NCBI GenBank assembly: GCA_965649765.1
Contig: OZ287759.1
Location: 28,892,001 to 28,956,000 of the forward strand
Length of the DNA: 64,000 nt
Direction of reading: 5' to 3'
DNA from: Bispira polyomma
Taxonomy: Eukaryota
A program made the translations under genes and the position numbers. The notes beneath the pieces are model-generated. The model did no database searches, was not told the DNA's origin, and worked only from the letters and a program-made list of their open reading frames with translations. Every line of letters starts with the position of its first letter. The first letter of the stretch is position 1. This document shows, one piece after another, positions 13,001 through 26,000 of the stretch.

Positions 13001-16000
13001 GTTAATGCCTCCGACATTTATTAAGCCAGGAAGTGTTGGTAAGTTATTATACTAGTACTTATAAGTATACATAAGTATACTTATAACAGTACAGTACAGT
13101 ACAGTAAAAAAAACAATCTAGAAGATTATCGTGAAAACAATAACGTCTTCAAAGGTCTATTTTTTTGTGCTTCCTAGTTGTAAGCGTTAGACTACCCTTA
13201 CCTAATCGCACCTACATCTTTCCACATCTCAGAGCTGCTGAGGTATGGAGGTCTCTGGTGGTCGTGGGTTGCAGAGTGAAAGCAATTTCCAGGCGGAAAG
13301 AGAAGTTACAGTACATAATGCCACCACCTGGTACTGCCTACCATACCACCAATGTATGAAAAAGGCGTTAGTCTTCTAATAAATGATAATAACCTTGAGA
13401 GAGGAACCCTTAAATCTACAATGATATATTAAGCTGCTGTTGTTAACAATGTCATCGTTATTATCTTGTTAAAAAATAATATCATAATATAAAATTTTAC
13501 AGAAAGACACCTTAAAATCGATTAAGATCTATTAAGATCTTTTTAAGTGCGGTTTTGGTCAATATGTCATCATTGGATGAAGGATGTGTATTATGTTTTC
13601 TGTAAAAATTACTTACCGTATCCACTCCAAACATAATGTTATATTTACAGTGACCATAGTTATAACACAGGCTGGCTTCAGTCATGTCCCAAGTGGCTTC
13701 TCCATTTGTTTCATATAATATAACATATTGATTGAAATTATTATAAATATTTTGTTGAATCTTTTATTTTATATGAAAAAAAAGCCAATTAAAATGCCTA
13801 CCTTGCATTATTCTCAAAACTAAATAAGAACAAAAAAATTGGTACTACATCGCAACAAATTGGTAACAACACTAACCAGAACCCAATAGATTGCATACCT
13901 CCCCCGAAGGGCATAAAAACCCACCTAGATCTGCTTGAAAAATTTCAATTTAACATATCTTTTCTCATGACATAGTTTTTTTGTGTGACAAACAAGCCAA
14001 CCAATGGACACAGGCGAAAAGGTGACCTCCTAATTGGCGAAGGTAAATATTATATTATGTCTATCACCATTTTGGCATGTACTACTATTTTAGAGTCACT
14101 TGTGGAATATTGCTGTCAGGTGGCGAAGTGTGCCTCCAGTGTGCCCTTTTATTACTACAATCTACCGGTGATGACTGGAGTCAAGTGTAAGTATAGCCCA
14201 AGTGTTTTATCAAGGCATCATCTAATACCTGTGAGATTAATTTGTAATAATTATTTGAACTATTATAAATTTGCTGGATATTGTAAATAATTAAAAATGG
14301 TTTCTTCACAGTTCATTTGATTTGTGATATAACTGTATTGTAATTGTATTGGTGTTCCTCACAGTAAAGCAGATTTGTGGTGTGGCAAATTTAATTAAAT
14401 TGGTATTCACAGTTTATCAGACTTGTGGTATGACAAATGTAATTAAATTGGTGTTTACAGTTCATAAAATATGTGGTATGACAAATAAAACCTATTGATT
14501 AGATAAGATTAAGATGGTGCCGTGTGGTCTACATGCACACTGTGTTTTATGAACATAAATGACACAGATGAAATATATTGTATAGTGTACGAGACTGACA
14601 AATTCAGCCATGATTCACCATACCTAAACAAACACAACTGCTTACCTGTTGAAGAGCGTATTCTTTTTAAATACAACCTTCTTGTGTTCAAAGCAATCAA
14701 ACTTACTGTTTCCATTAGTTTGGTGCTGTATACATACTTGAATTATTAGTATGATAAATTAATTTCAAATTATCTGATAAATTTGAGGTTTTTAGTCTAT
14801 AGTATCAATCTGGATTGATTGTTAAATAAAATATCTTTACATAAAGCTAACATTTAACAAAATAATAATACTTTAATACTTTTTTTTAGTTAATATGTTG
14901 GATTATATGAAACTAATGGAGAAGTCAGTTCCCACATTCAGAGGCATCAAGTATTCAGATTATGACATGACTGAAGCCAGCCTGTGTTACAACTATGGTC
15001 ACTGTAAATATAACATTATGTTTGGAGTGGATCAGGTAAGTAATTTTTACAGCAAACATAATACACATCCTCATGTGTTCATTTATTTACTAGTTGTTGT
15101 GGCCAGGATATGCCTAAAACAAGACATATATGCAATAGCCAGTCTCCCATGTTCAAGTGGTTATGGACTTGGTCTGGTTATCGGAAGGTCATTGATTGAA
15201 CTCCTTGCAACACCATAATAACTAAACATGCCATTGCCAACTGATGACAACCGATGTTGTGATTTAAAAGTTAAGATACAGTGAAATTCGACAAGACAAT
15301 CCAATAGAGTATACTGTAGAAATCATATTTTAATGGGGCATAAAAAGAATGACGTAAACATAATCATTGTGGAAGGCTACTTTTATTTAAAGCATTATCT
15401 CTATAATATACTCGGATATTTAATTTATTTTGCATCAATTGGATTTATGGTTATTATCAAGTATCTGTAATATGTAAAAAATGTAGTTATTTTACCTAAT
15501 TTTCTTTAGCAACTACTGACGGCCCTTGTCTTTGGAATAGATGCTGCCATAGGGTCAACATACAACTTCATGTCTGCGATCTACCACCGTGTTATTGAAG
15601 CAAAGCAGAATGGTGAGTACAAAACAAACGAACAGTAACAAAGTCATTCTTAACTGCACAGCAAACTTATTAAACTTTTATAGCCTGTAATAACCATTGG
15701 GGTTTTAAAGATACATATAGTATTGTATTTGGCTTCATGTATACCTTTTGTATGCATTTCCCTCCGCCTGGAGAGCTATAGACTTTTTGTTTCCTCTATT
15801 AAACCCACCAAATAGGGTGGATCCAGAGCTTTCCACATAGAAGCCCCCATAGTATGGAACAGCCTCCCAGTTAAGCTCCTATCACTAAAAACCACTTATC
15901 GGATTAAGGAAAAAACTTAAACTTATCTTGTCAAGCTTGGTTATCCCCCTTAATTCTCTTTTGTAGACCCACGTCCTTCCTTACGATATGGCTATGCTTA

Positions 16001-17343
16001 TAGACTAAACGATTGGTTAACTGATTCTGTTGTTGGTGCTATAGAAGATGCCTAACATCAATAAAGCGCATTGATAATGCATGATATTAATAATAATAAT
16101 GCTTTGCATCGAATTGTTGTAGGAGATATTGAAGTGGCTAGACAAGAACAGTTGAAAACACAGAAGATCATTGATGTAGCCTTCAAATATGGTAAACATT
16201 GCATTCATCTTTAATTTTACTTGACTGACTATTGGCCCAGCTGGTTTGCAACTGTTGCCTATTGGGTAATACACTAGCTTAGGAATGCATAGTACCTTGG
16301 TTCGATCCTAGACCAGGGCTTTAAAGTACAGCTAAAATACATAGTGACAAGGATATTCCCATAAAATGGCGTTGCTCGACCATTAGGTCCTATCCCAAGT
16401 GACAGGTTAAAGAAGCTTGGTGACATTGATGAACAGTCATCATGGATCATCTGTTTATAGTTGGTGGAGTGACAGTTGCTGGTGCAGGTGGGCTCTATTT
16501 GGACTGTCTGGAAAAGGTTGATTAGCAATTTGAATTGCAGACAATGGTTGATAAATAGTCCGAGTATACATTTGGTTAGGGATATCTATAACACTATACT
16601 TCGGAAATCTCTTGTATAACTACCAAAAGATCTTGTTATGATGAACATTTCAATTTGAACAAATCCAATTACTAGTCCATCGTGTGTGCTGTTTTTTTTT
16701 TAAAAAAAACGTATACAAATATTCTAAAACAGAATCACAATCATTATTAACTACTTGTAGAATATTCAATCTGACACATTAACCAAAAGTTTCTCTTATT
16801 CATAAATTAATTGCTTCCATAAAACCGGAATTTTACAAAACAAGTCATGTTTTGATTCAATTCATACAAAAGTTCTTGCTCTAGTTTAATTTAATATGGT
16901 AATTCTGTCTAAGACTTATTTTGTTAATCTCAGAGTCCTCAAAAGATTATCTAATATTTATTTATCTTCTAAATAATCAGTCACTTAACATTTGTCTGCT
17001 AGATGTGACTGGACTCCGATCATGAGCCATTTCTTCTATTGGACTATTCTTTTGTATCTTGACTGGGATGTGCTACAGAGGATACCTGGTCATCGAGTGT
17101 GGTGTAATGAAGTAAAAAGATTTAACATTAACATTATGTCTTAATAAAGTGTTTTAACATTTATTATGTGTCTCAGCTTCAGCTGGAGGCATTTTAGCAG
17201 TCCTGAAGACTTTGATGACCATCCTTACACCTATTGACGTGGGCCCTCCCAGGTTACCCTTGCTTGCAATGGAACAGAGTCAAATGGCAGCATTAAAGAA
17301 GGAGATGGTTGAGCTTGGGTATATGGACTGGATTAACACATAA
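10087..17343 (+). CDS. NPL: N-acetylneuraminate lyase (DHDPS/NAL family); exons 10087-10139, 10620-10690, 11309-11396, 12447-12504, 12963-13038, 14094-14186, 14890-15035, 15510-15612, 16123-16191, 17177-17343; ATG exon not located
   Basis: The spliced product is 924 nt (307 aa + stop), all introns GT-AG with compatible phases. It reads FHIEGLVPAVFTPM...VNGTTGEG...VIVHIGGANLKESQQL...PFYYYNLPVMTGVK...FRGIKYSD (Schiff-base Lys)...FGVDQQLL...AIGSTYNF...VGPPRLPL, collinear with vertebrate NPL as I recall it. AATAAA at ~17552. Confidence 0.93.
13860..14046 (+). mobile_element. Probable Helentron-associated non-autonomous element end (related copy ~11150-11245)
   Basis: GACAAACAA microsatellite-like tract followed by a terminal stem-loop ACCTCCTAATTGGCGAAGGT, the DINE/HINE-type architecture. 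Assignment is from recognition only. Confidence 0.5.
14290..14490. repeat. ~50-bp degenerate tandem repeat, about 4 copies, in an NPL intron
   Basis: Recurrent TGGTGTT(C)ACAGTT...TGTGGTATGACAAAT...AATTAAAT. Confidence 0.7.
17005..17135 (+). mobile_element. 3' part of a dispersed retroposon with (AACATT)n tail; other copies ~19010-19125, ~49055-49115 and ~16015-16060 (-)
   Basis: Shared GAGGATGCCTGGTCATCGATTGTGG-G(C/T)-A--GAAGTAAAA followed by AACATT repeats. Confidence 0.7.
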
Positions 17344-17693
17344 GATTTCAGTTATTATGGTTAACAATGTAATAGTAACAGTAATTTCATGAAATATATT
17401 ACTTGAGACATTTACCCAGCCCATATGTTGGCTTAGAAATAACTTTTTAAATAACAGATATAAGTCATAGCATGTACAAGTAGTCATAGCGACATACATT
17501 TTATCTATACAAAGTGTAGTTAATTAATTCCCTAGCTTAAAATAATTTAACAATAAATGGTTATCATACTACAGGAACCAGTTGGATGTCGTAGATGTGG
17601 CAATTATCATAGACTATCAATATTATCTTGGGTTAAGTTTTGACAAAGCTGTTGATACTGTTGGTTTATGCCAAACATTCACTGTCAATATTG

Positions 17694-17960
17694 GGGGCCA
17701 CGGTGGCCTAGTGGTTAGCAAGTATTGCGCTTCACAATCACTGGTCTCTCACCTCTGGGATCGGCTGGTGTGGGTTCGACTCCCATCGATGCCTATGTGG
17801 GAAAGGTGTTAGTTCCTTACTGTGGGCCGCTGGTTTCATTGCATAACCTTGATAAACTGTATGCAGTGTTTCCTCCAGCGTTTCCAAATACCCGTCCCAA
17901 TATAACCTAAACAGGTACTAGAGTGGACGTTAAATATCCCAATTCAAAAAAAAAAAAAAA
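17694..17960 (+). mobile_element. Full-length tRNA-derived SINE (family A) with poly(A) tail
   Basis: Box A TGGCCTAGTGG, box B GGTTCGACTCC, A tail, and a perfect 15-bp TSD TCACTGTCAATATTG (17679-17693 and 17961-17975). Confidence 0.95.
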
Positions 17961-18111
17961 TCACTGTCAATATTGAATTCTGGATGTGCCTAGTTGATCA
18001 CAAAAAGTTTTAGAGGTCTCTATATACATCAAACTTAGTAAAATTAATATTAATGCAAAATTCTTTTTAAAACCAAATGTGAGGTATTGTGAAAACCATT
18101 TGTATGGATAA

Positions 18112-18324
18112 TCAGTTAGCATTTGTTGCCAAACTGAAATATATTGCCGGACTCGCAGGAATACTGACCATCTTATAATTTGGCTGGCCTCTTTCTTTAA
18201 TAATCTCAGCCACTTGTAGCATATGTTCTATGTTTTTAATCAATACTGGTTCCTTATCTGGGCCAATGTGTGGAAATTTTGAAGAATCTAATTTAAGAAA
18301 ACCTACATCCTTATTGTGATCCAT
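18112..18324 (-). mobile_element. Possible fragment of a tyrosine-recombinase retrotransposon (region upstream of RT)
   Basis: Peptide ...IIKERGQPNYKMVSIPAS resembles the G.PNY....IP..S motif I recall preceding RT in DIRS/Ngaro-like elements. Confidence 0.35.
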
Positions 18325-18399
18325 ATAAATTGGTAATGGTTTATTAAATAGCAGTAATTCTGTTTTGAAGCTGCAATGGAGGGTAGTGATTAATGTCTA

Positions 18400-18790
18400 A
18401 GTAATAGTATAAATGTTGTATGTGAAAAATATCAGTTGGGAAAAATATCTTTTAAACCAGACAGTTTATTACAATTACAGTACAACTAAAATATATATGT
18501 CAAATGTAGATAACTATGATTTATTAGTTCTCAATGATAAAATGAATCTGGGTAATGTCAGAGAGTTATTATTCCTCAGAGACAATTTGGCCAATATTCA
18601 TTTCAAACCTGAAGAACTGAATAAGCTTATAGAATATTCTTGTATAAATTAATTTGTGTTTTGTTTTCTTTTCTTTTGGTTTTTTCTCTTTCAACTGTAG
18701 ATGTGTTGCTTATTTAAAATTGTTAACTTAATGTAAACATATGTTTGTATTTTTGTAATGTAGTAAGAGTACGAATAAAGATATATATAA
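18400..18790 (+). mobile_element. 3' end of a CR1-group LINE
   Basis: ORF end VRELLFLRD...LIEYSCIN*, T-rich 3'UTR, AATAAA and a short (AT)n tail. Confidence 0.5.
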
Positions 18791-19537
18791 TCTAAATATG
18801 GATATTTAGAGATGAAAGTACCATGGTCAATTCATTCAAATGGCCACTAGGGGTAGAAGAAGGCGAACAAACGGTCATATTTACTTCTTGCAAGAGGTCA
18901 AGTTGACGCCTTACTGTAAACATTTTAGATTGCAGGCTTCAGGGAAAAGCTGAAAACACTGTTTCAGCTTACTTTTCCGCCTTAACTTTCATCTCTTGGT
19001 CACAACTGAGCTCTGATCCTGATTTTTCTTCTATCGGACTATTCTTTTGCTTACTGATTGAGATGTGTGCCACAGAGGATGCCTGGTCATCGATTGTGGC
19101 GCTACAGAAGTAAAAACATTAACATTAGACAGATAGATCTTCTATGACAGGAATTTATATGTCCTGCCTTGTTATTAACTTGTATACTATGACTTGCATA
19201 TAATCAGTATAATTGACATTTGAGTGAGTTTATACATGCCAGGTCTTGGTAAAAATGTTCTCTGGTTAGTTCTACAACATTATTTCATCTGCATCTCTGG
19301 TAAGTATCACCCAGAAAGTAGTCTTAGAAATGAATAGGTACAACTTGATAAGTTGTGAGAATTTTCTAATAGGCCTAGGCTGAGTAACATTGAATGTATC
19401 CATTTCTGCCGAAATCGTGATTTTGAAATTAAAGATTAGGCATGTTATGTTCTCGGTCATTGGTATGCCACAATGTGGTAATTTCACTCCAACTGCATGC
19501 TATAGACCAGTTGGTTACCTTACTACTGCAGCAAACT

Positions 19538-19739
19538 CACCTCTGGGCGGTATGAGTTCCAATCCCGTCAATGCCTATGTGGGAAAGGTGGTAGTTCCTT
19601 TCTGTGGGCCGCTGGTTTCAGTGTAGAACCTTGATCAACTGTATGTAGTGTTTTCTCCAGCGTTTCCAACTACCCATCCCAATATAACCTAAACAGGTAC
19701 TATAGTGAACGTTAAATATCAAATTAAAAAAAAAAAAAA
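19538..19739 (+). mobile_element. 5'-truncated family A SINE
   Basis: Matches the 3' ~200 bp of 17694-17960; poly(A) tail; 10-bp TSD GCAGCAAACT (19528-19537 and 19740-19749). Confidence 0.92.
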
Positions 19740-19919
19740 GCAGCAAACTGCTTATCACTTGCTTAATGAATGATAAATGATTCATACTGCCATCAGTCTC
19801 TGTCTAATACATATTATAACTAGGGTTATTAACCATAGCTGCATGGGTATGTAAATTTACTGTGGCATTGTGACTGCTCTTACCAGAGTAAATATCGGAA
19901 AACTTACTTATTGTTATTA

Positions 19920-21110
19920 TGCATTTTTAACATGCTTTATTGATGCCAGACATCCTCTGAAGCGAAACATCAGAATCAGTTAGCCGAACGTGTAGTCCAC
20001 AGCAAGATCATAAGTAAAAAATCTGGGGTGTATAAGAGGGAACTAAGGTTTTTTTCCTAAAACCGATTAGTGTTTCCAGTGATCTGAGATCAACTGAAAG
20101 ACTTCCATAACAAGGGGGCTGCAACAGAGAAAGCTCTGGATCCAGCCTTCTTGGTGGGTTTGACAGAAGAAACAGAAAGTCTATTATCTCTTTGGGATAT
20201 TAAAAGAGAGAAGAAGGGAAGTAAGGTAGGACGGCTGCTGAGTGACTACAGCCTTGAATGTCATGACATCCATTTTAAACAACGCTCTATAGTGAATGGG
20301 AAGCCAGTGTGGTTTTTTCGGTATAGAGTGACATTAGTGTTTCCAGTGATCTGAGGGTATGTACATTTACTGTGGCATTGTCACTCCTTACCAGAGTAAA
20401 TATCAGAAAACTTACCTATTGCTATTAATTATGGGCCAGGTAAAATATGACCCTGCATATATAGTTTTGAATGAATTGTAGCATTGTTCACTCCAAAGAA
20501 AAGTAAGTTGCAGTAATCAAGGGGACCACTTGCAAGGGCATTCGCCACAGTGATAGCAGTGTCCAGTGACAAGTGGTTTCTGATTATTTTAATGTCACAA
20601 GTATGGTAATAGCAGGAGCGGTAGAGGATGCTAATAGGAGTGTCAAATAAGAAGGCGGAGTCAAAAGTGACACTAAGATTTTGGCATATTTTGAAAGTAG
20701 TATATCTTTACCCAGAAGGGAGATATGGAATAATGATTTTAATAGCTCACTGTATTTTTAAATTTTCAATGAGAATGAATTTAGTTTTGTCAGAATTTAA
20801 TTTCAATTTGGAGTATTTCATCCATGTCTAAACAGAGGACAGACAGTCAGCAAGTGGACAATTATTTTTATGTGCATTTTGAGGATTGAGAAAGAAGATA
20901 GACTCGAGTATCATGGGCATACATGTGGTGTTTGATATTATGGTTATTGATGACAGTGCTGAGGGTATGTGCTTAGAGGGTAAAAAGTAGAGGCCCACGG
21001 ACCCCTGGGGTACCCTGTATGGTAGATTGAAGAAGGATGATAAGTGATCATCTATTGTTTGTGCTCTAACAATAAGATAAGATCTGATCCAATCAAGGAC
21101 AGTGGATAAA
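19920..21110 (-). mobile_element. Decayed L2/CR1-group LINE fragments (RT and 3' region); related 3' piece at ~52510-52860
   Basis: Minus strand near 20960-21020 reads VPQGSV.GPLLFTL with a frameshift. AAAGCTCT(G/A)GATCCA(G/T)CCTTCTTGGTGGGTT is shared with 52749-52780. Confidence 0.65.
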
Positions 21111-21279
21111 GTAATGGTAGTAGAGATTTATGAAAATAAAAAAACTTGATCAAGATGGGACAACTTAGCTTTGGACAACTCCGGACACTTCTGAATGGCG
21201 AGCATTTCCGAGGAATCAGTGGATAGGGCGGATGAAGTGACAGGGTCCATATTCTTCAGATAACGGATTTTGTAAGTAA

Positions 21280-21613
21280 GTTTTGAGAGGGACAGAGTTC
21301 TTTACTATAACAAATCGTTGTAAATCTGACACGGCAGTTTACTTTGTTCTCTTCGACGGGAAATAAACGGCAAAATTTTGAAATAATAATATTCAATTAA
21401 TCACATCGTTTTGGGTTGGCCAAAAGTTATATTATTGTGTACGGCTATTTGATTAATCAATATACAACCACAGACTAAATAGAAAGATCACAATTTTTCT
21501 GTTCTAGGTGCCGTTTCACATTTACAATGATTTGCTATAAAAACAATTCTGTCCCTCGCTATGCGCCATTAGTAAAAATGGAAGAATTGTCGAGGGACAG
21601 AAAACTCGGTCTA
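21280..21613. mobile_element. MITE family with TAGACCGA termini; complete copy at 53194-53539
   Basis: Internal GGGACAGAG...AAATCTGACACGGC...CAATATACAACCACAGA shared by both copies. The 53.2-kb copy is bounded by TAGACCGA / TCGGTCTA. Confidence 0.75.
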
Positions 21614-23018
21614 CCTTTCACCTTGAGCAGTCCGAGGTTTAGTTGAGACAGATATTTTAGGGAAACTGTTTCTACTGTATTATTTTGTCGCTTATAAATT
21701 AAATATTTTTTATATCCATCCATTCAACATATCTATCACAGGATAATTACAACTGCAAGCTATTTGTAACTTATGTACGAAGTGCAAGTATTGGCTTTAA
21801 ACCTTTTTTTTTTTATCTTTTATTTGTATTTCCAGAGTCAATATTTTTGATACAGGAAAATTATTATTGAAATAAACCTGGAAGGCTAGATTTTTTTATG
21901 ATTTTTCCAAAATATAATGACGTTAAATTAGTATGCTTCATATAATTGTAAAAAGTTTGTACAACAAAAAGAAATAAATGTATAAATGTGCTTCACTTCT
22001 TTCAACACTGCAATTAAGCCAACTTATCTATAATGTACACGTAGATACATCCTGCATAAACTTATTCAACAACGTTCCTTGCAGGAGTCGTATTTAACAC
22101 AACATTAATAAGTGCATATAAACTTTTAGTAGTGAATTTAGTTCTAGGTACATTAACAAATGGTTTACAAAAAAAAATAGAACATGGGCAACATAAATAT
22201 TAAGAAACATTTCAAACGAACAGCAAGGGCATTATGTCCCCATACACGTTGTCAAACTGTTAAATAGAATCACAATGTACCCGTATAGGGTGTAACCCCG
22301 TTTTAGCAGAGGCAGTTAGATATTCTCACGAGCAAGAAACATCCTCTTTTGAAATGTCTAGCCAATGAAAACAGCCCCAAATGGTCTACACATGTAAACA
22401 AGCATTGACTTAAACACACTCAAAATCAATATTCTTAATATATACATAGAAGGGTTACATTCAGAATACATGGATACTTTGTAAACACACACTCAGTGCA
22501 AAGGCCTTTTACGGCAAATTTAAAGGCAATAAAAAGAAGACATAAATTATCATCAGGTGGAGTACTGAAAAAAGCCGATACGTGCTCACAAGTACCAATC
22601 AATAGCAATTTAAAAGCTCGGCCAACTTATCTGAATGAAAACGTGGCCTCACTTAATATCATTTGCCATCCAATATTGTGTTGACTATATTACTACATTC
22701 TCATTTTGTAAATAAGTCGAGCTATATATATAGATGTGTGTGAAATAATGCATTCTCAAAACGTGAAAGAAAATGGATTATTATGACGTGGACTCAATAT
22801 AGTGTGTACAAAAACCAAAACACTATATATTTATAAACATAATGCTTATCTGTAATAAACTACTTATATAGCGTTCAGTATATTCTTAAGAATATATTAG
22901 TGCAAGTATAAAAACCTTCATACTTATACAGGTATATAGCGACAAGCATCATAATATATCAAGTATACTGGAGAACAAAAAATAACGCCACATATATCTA
23001 CACTAGGGACCAAAAACA

Positions 23019-26000
23019 ATGGGCTTCCTTCCAAGAAGAAAAAAGAAATTCTGGATATACATCACCTGTGGATGTCTGCTTTTTCTGGTGGCTCCGCGGC
23101 TTTTCGGCAACTCCCGACGTACGTCACGTGGTTCTGGCTCTGATGACATCATGAATTTCAGGCAGCAGCGATTTGAAAAGTATCAAAGGGAAGAACCACA
23201 CAGAACAGGTTTGTGTTTGCTGTATTTGTAGGTACCGTATTTAACTCAATTGAGGCTTTGGGCTGGTATTCTGGAAATGAAATCATGCTTAAAAACACAT
23301 ACTTAACTCAAGGAAATTCTTGTACATGGAAATAACCTGTACTTGTGAGCATTCGATTTATTAGAGCTTTCAACACTGAATATATAGTATGAGTATAGCA
23401 TAAAGTCAGATTTTTGATAGCTTTACTATATCCAGAGTTATATAGAGAAACCAGATTTGAGGTTAAGTGTGAGTTTGAGCTGAGTATACGGTCAGGAATA
23501 TGGGCCCACTTAACAGAAATTTATTCTTAACATTATTAATTGCAATGGGACCTTAAATAACTTCTACTTACAGTTAATTTGACTTCTACTTCTACTTAAA
23601 GAGGTTTGACTGTAGCCTGTTGTATCATTTATGGAATCCTCTGTTACTTGCTGCCAACTGTTGACAATATCTTGATTATGGCAAGAAAATGTTACCATTC
23701 TAGACCCACTGAATATTTCACTTTACATCTTCTAATATTGTATTGTGGATTTTTTACCAGGCATCTTCTGAAGTTACAGTATCATAATCTATCAGCCAAT
23801 CATGTGTCCTACAACATAGCCTAGGTTGTCATGAGTGGCCAATAGAGTGTTTACATCTTGACCAAGGATGTTATCCCACCAATAAACCAAGCGGCATTAG
23901 TAGGAGTCAAACTGGGAACCTTCTGATGACCAGACCAACTCCCCTACTCGGACTTGAATTGGAGACCTTCTGATTATCGAACCAGCTTCTTAACCACTAG
24001 GCTATGGGAGACCTAATATTGTATTTTGCCTTATTGATGCGAGGCATATTCACAATATCCGGATCGATAAACTATTAATGAAGATCCTAATACATAACAA
24101 GTCGGTCGCCATCAGTAGGCAATGACGTGTCCATATTTTGCCCAAGGATATTATCTCTGTCACTATTACGTTGGTACTAGGAGACAAACCGGGGACCTTC
24201 TCTGGCTACCAGAACAATTCCCTGACCACTACACCATAGGAGATCGCATGTAGTTTCTATCAGCATAAAGTGTAATTAGCACAACAAGACAACGCTACAA
24301 CTATTGCAGTAGTCCAGTCATCACTTTACCAGAGCATTTACATTGTAGGTGTGGGAGAACAAGGTGGAAGTGTTCTATTGTCTGATGAGGAAAAAGCAAA
24401 CTACAAAGAAGCATTTGCAAAGGAAGGCATGAACATTATAGCCAGTGATAAGATTGCTTTAGACCGATCACTTAGAGACAGTCGCACTGGAGTGTAAGTA
24501 TCTGTAATTGACAAAACTAATGTACATTATATTTGTACAAATATTTGCAATTTTTCTTGGAAATTTACCCAAGGAAGGTTTGTCTCTGAAGCCTGCTTTC
24601 AGCCCCACAAAATACAGAACATGTTTTGTTATTTATTAAATATCCTTTCAATAATCACACAAGATGTTATATTTTTTGGAACTGTACAATATGATGGACT
24701 GGTGTGGGCTGCTCCCAGGTTGTGATGGCTTGTTGCAATTACTGCTTGTCCTATTTTTTGGAAATACTTATTTTTTTCATTCAAATGTGGTCAAAGTAAA
24801 GGAATTTTAGCATTTTCGGACAATTTTGTTGTCAGTTTTGATCTGTCTCGCCGTTTTATTAGTTTCGATCTGTCTATTTCCGATTACAGCCTAAATGTCT
24901 TGTAAGAGCCATGAAGCATCATAATTCTGTCTTAATCTTTCAACGATTCAACACAAGAGTTCTTGTTTCATCTTCAGGACTTAACGTTGTTTCATGAGTG
25001 TGGCCATATGTATTCCTAACTTGCCCAATGGAACTATGATGTTATTTTTGATGTTTAGTCCAAGAACATTTTTGTGATGATTTTAAATGCCACATTTAAC
25101 CGTCAAGGTATTCAAATGGTTCTTTGTTCCCCGGCAATTTTGAAAGAAAGGTTTGGATCCCATGAGGTAGATTTCTTTAATTTTTGGGCTGAGTGTAACC
25201 CATAGTTAGGCAATATAAAAACGCATATTTCAAATTAAAAAATAATCTAATATACCCGCCTTCCGTGGCAGGTGACGAAAGGGCGAAAATTGGCTGTATT
25301 TATTTTTTCATCATTTTAAAATTACAAACCTTAAAATCATTTCTTTTCAAACTATTTGTTGTGTCCAAATTTGTTACAATGTATACAACACTGCTCATTA
25401 TGTCGGAGGCAAGAGGGCTGTCATGTCTCCTCATTGTAACCTTTTTGTCATCATCACTCGGGTTTATATTTCTGTTCACACTCTCTATTCAGACACTAAA
25501 GGTATCTACTATATCTTGTGTTTACAGGTGCTGTAACACGGTTTACCCCAAAGACCTGCCCACTGCCATATTCCTATTATTTCTCTCCATTCAAATACTA
25601 TTGAGGTTTTTACTATGTCTTGTGTTTACAGTTACCGCAACACGGTTTACCCCAAAGACCTGCCCACTGCCATATTCCTATTATTTCTTTCCATTCAAAT
25701 ACTATTGAGGTTTTCACTATGTCTTGTGTTTACAGGTGCTGTAACACGGTTTACCCCAAAGATCTGCCCACTGCCATATTCCTGTCCTGTCTCTCTATTT
25801 ATACACTAAAGGTCTCTACTATGTCTTGTGCTTACAGGTGCCGTAACACAGTTTACCCCAAAGATTTGCCCACTGCCAGCGTGGTAATTATCTACCACAA
25901 CGAAGCGTGGAGTCCCATATTACGAACTGTCCACAGTGTGGTGAACAGGAGTCCACCGGAGTATCTACATGAAGTGATCTTATTGGATGACTTCAGCAAT

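Noticed and set aside
15236-15275. Other CTGATGA occurrences (15241, ~41013, ~49774, SINE heads) as hammerheads
   Set aside because: No correctly placed GAAA with three closing stems.
17694-17790. tRNA gene candidates here and at 46551, 48655 and ~7000-7070
   Set aside because: A/B boxes continue into shared SINE bodies with tails and TSDs; no proper cloverleaf.
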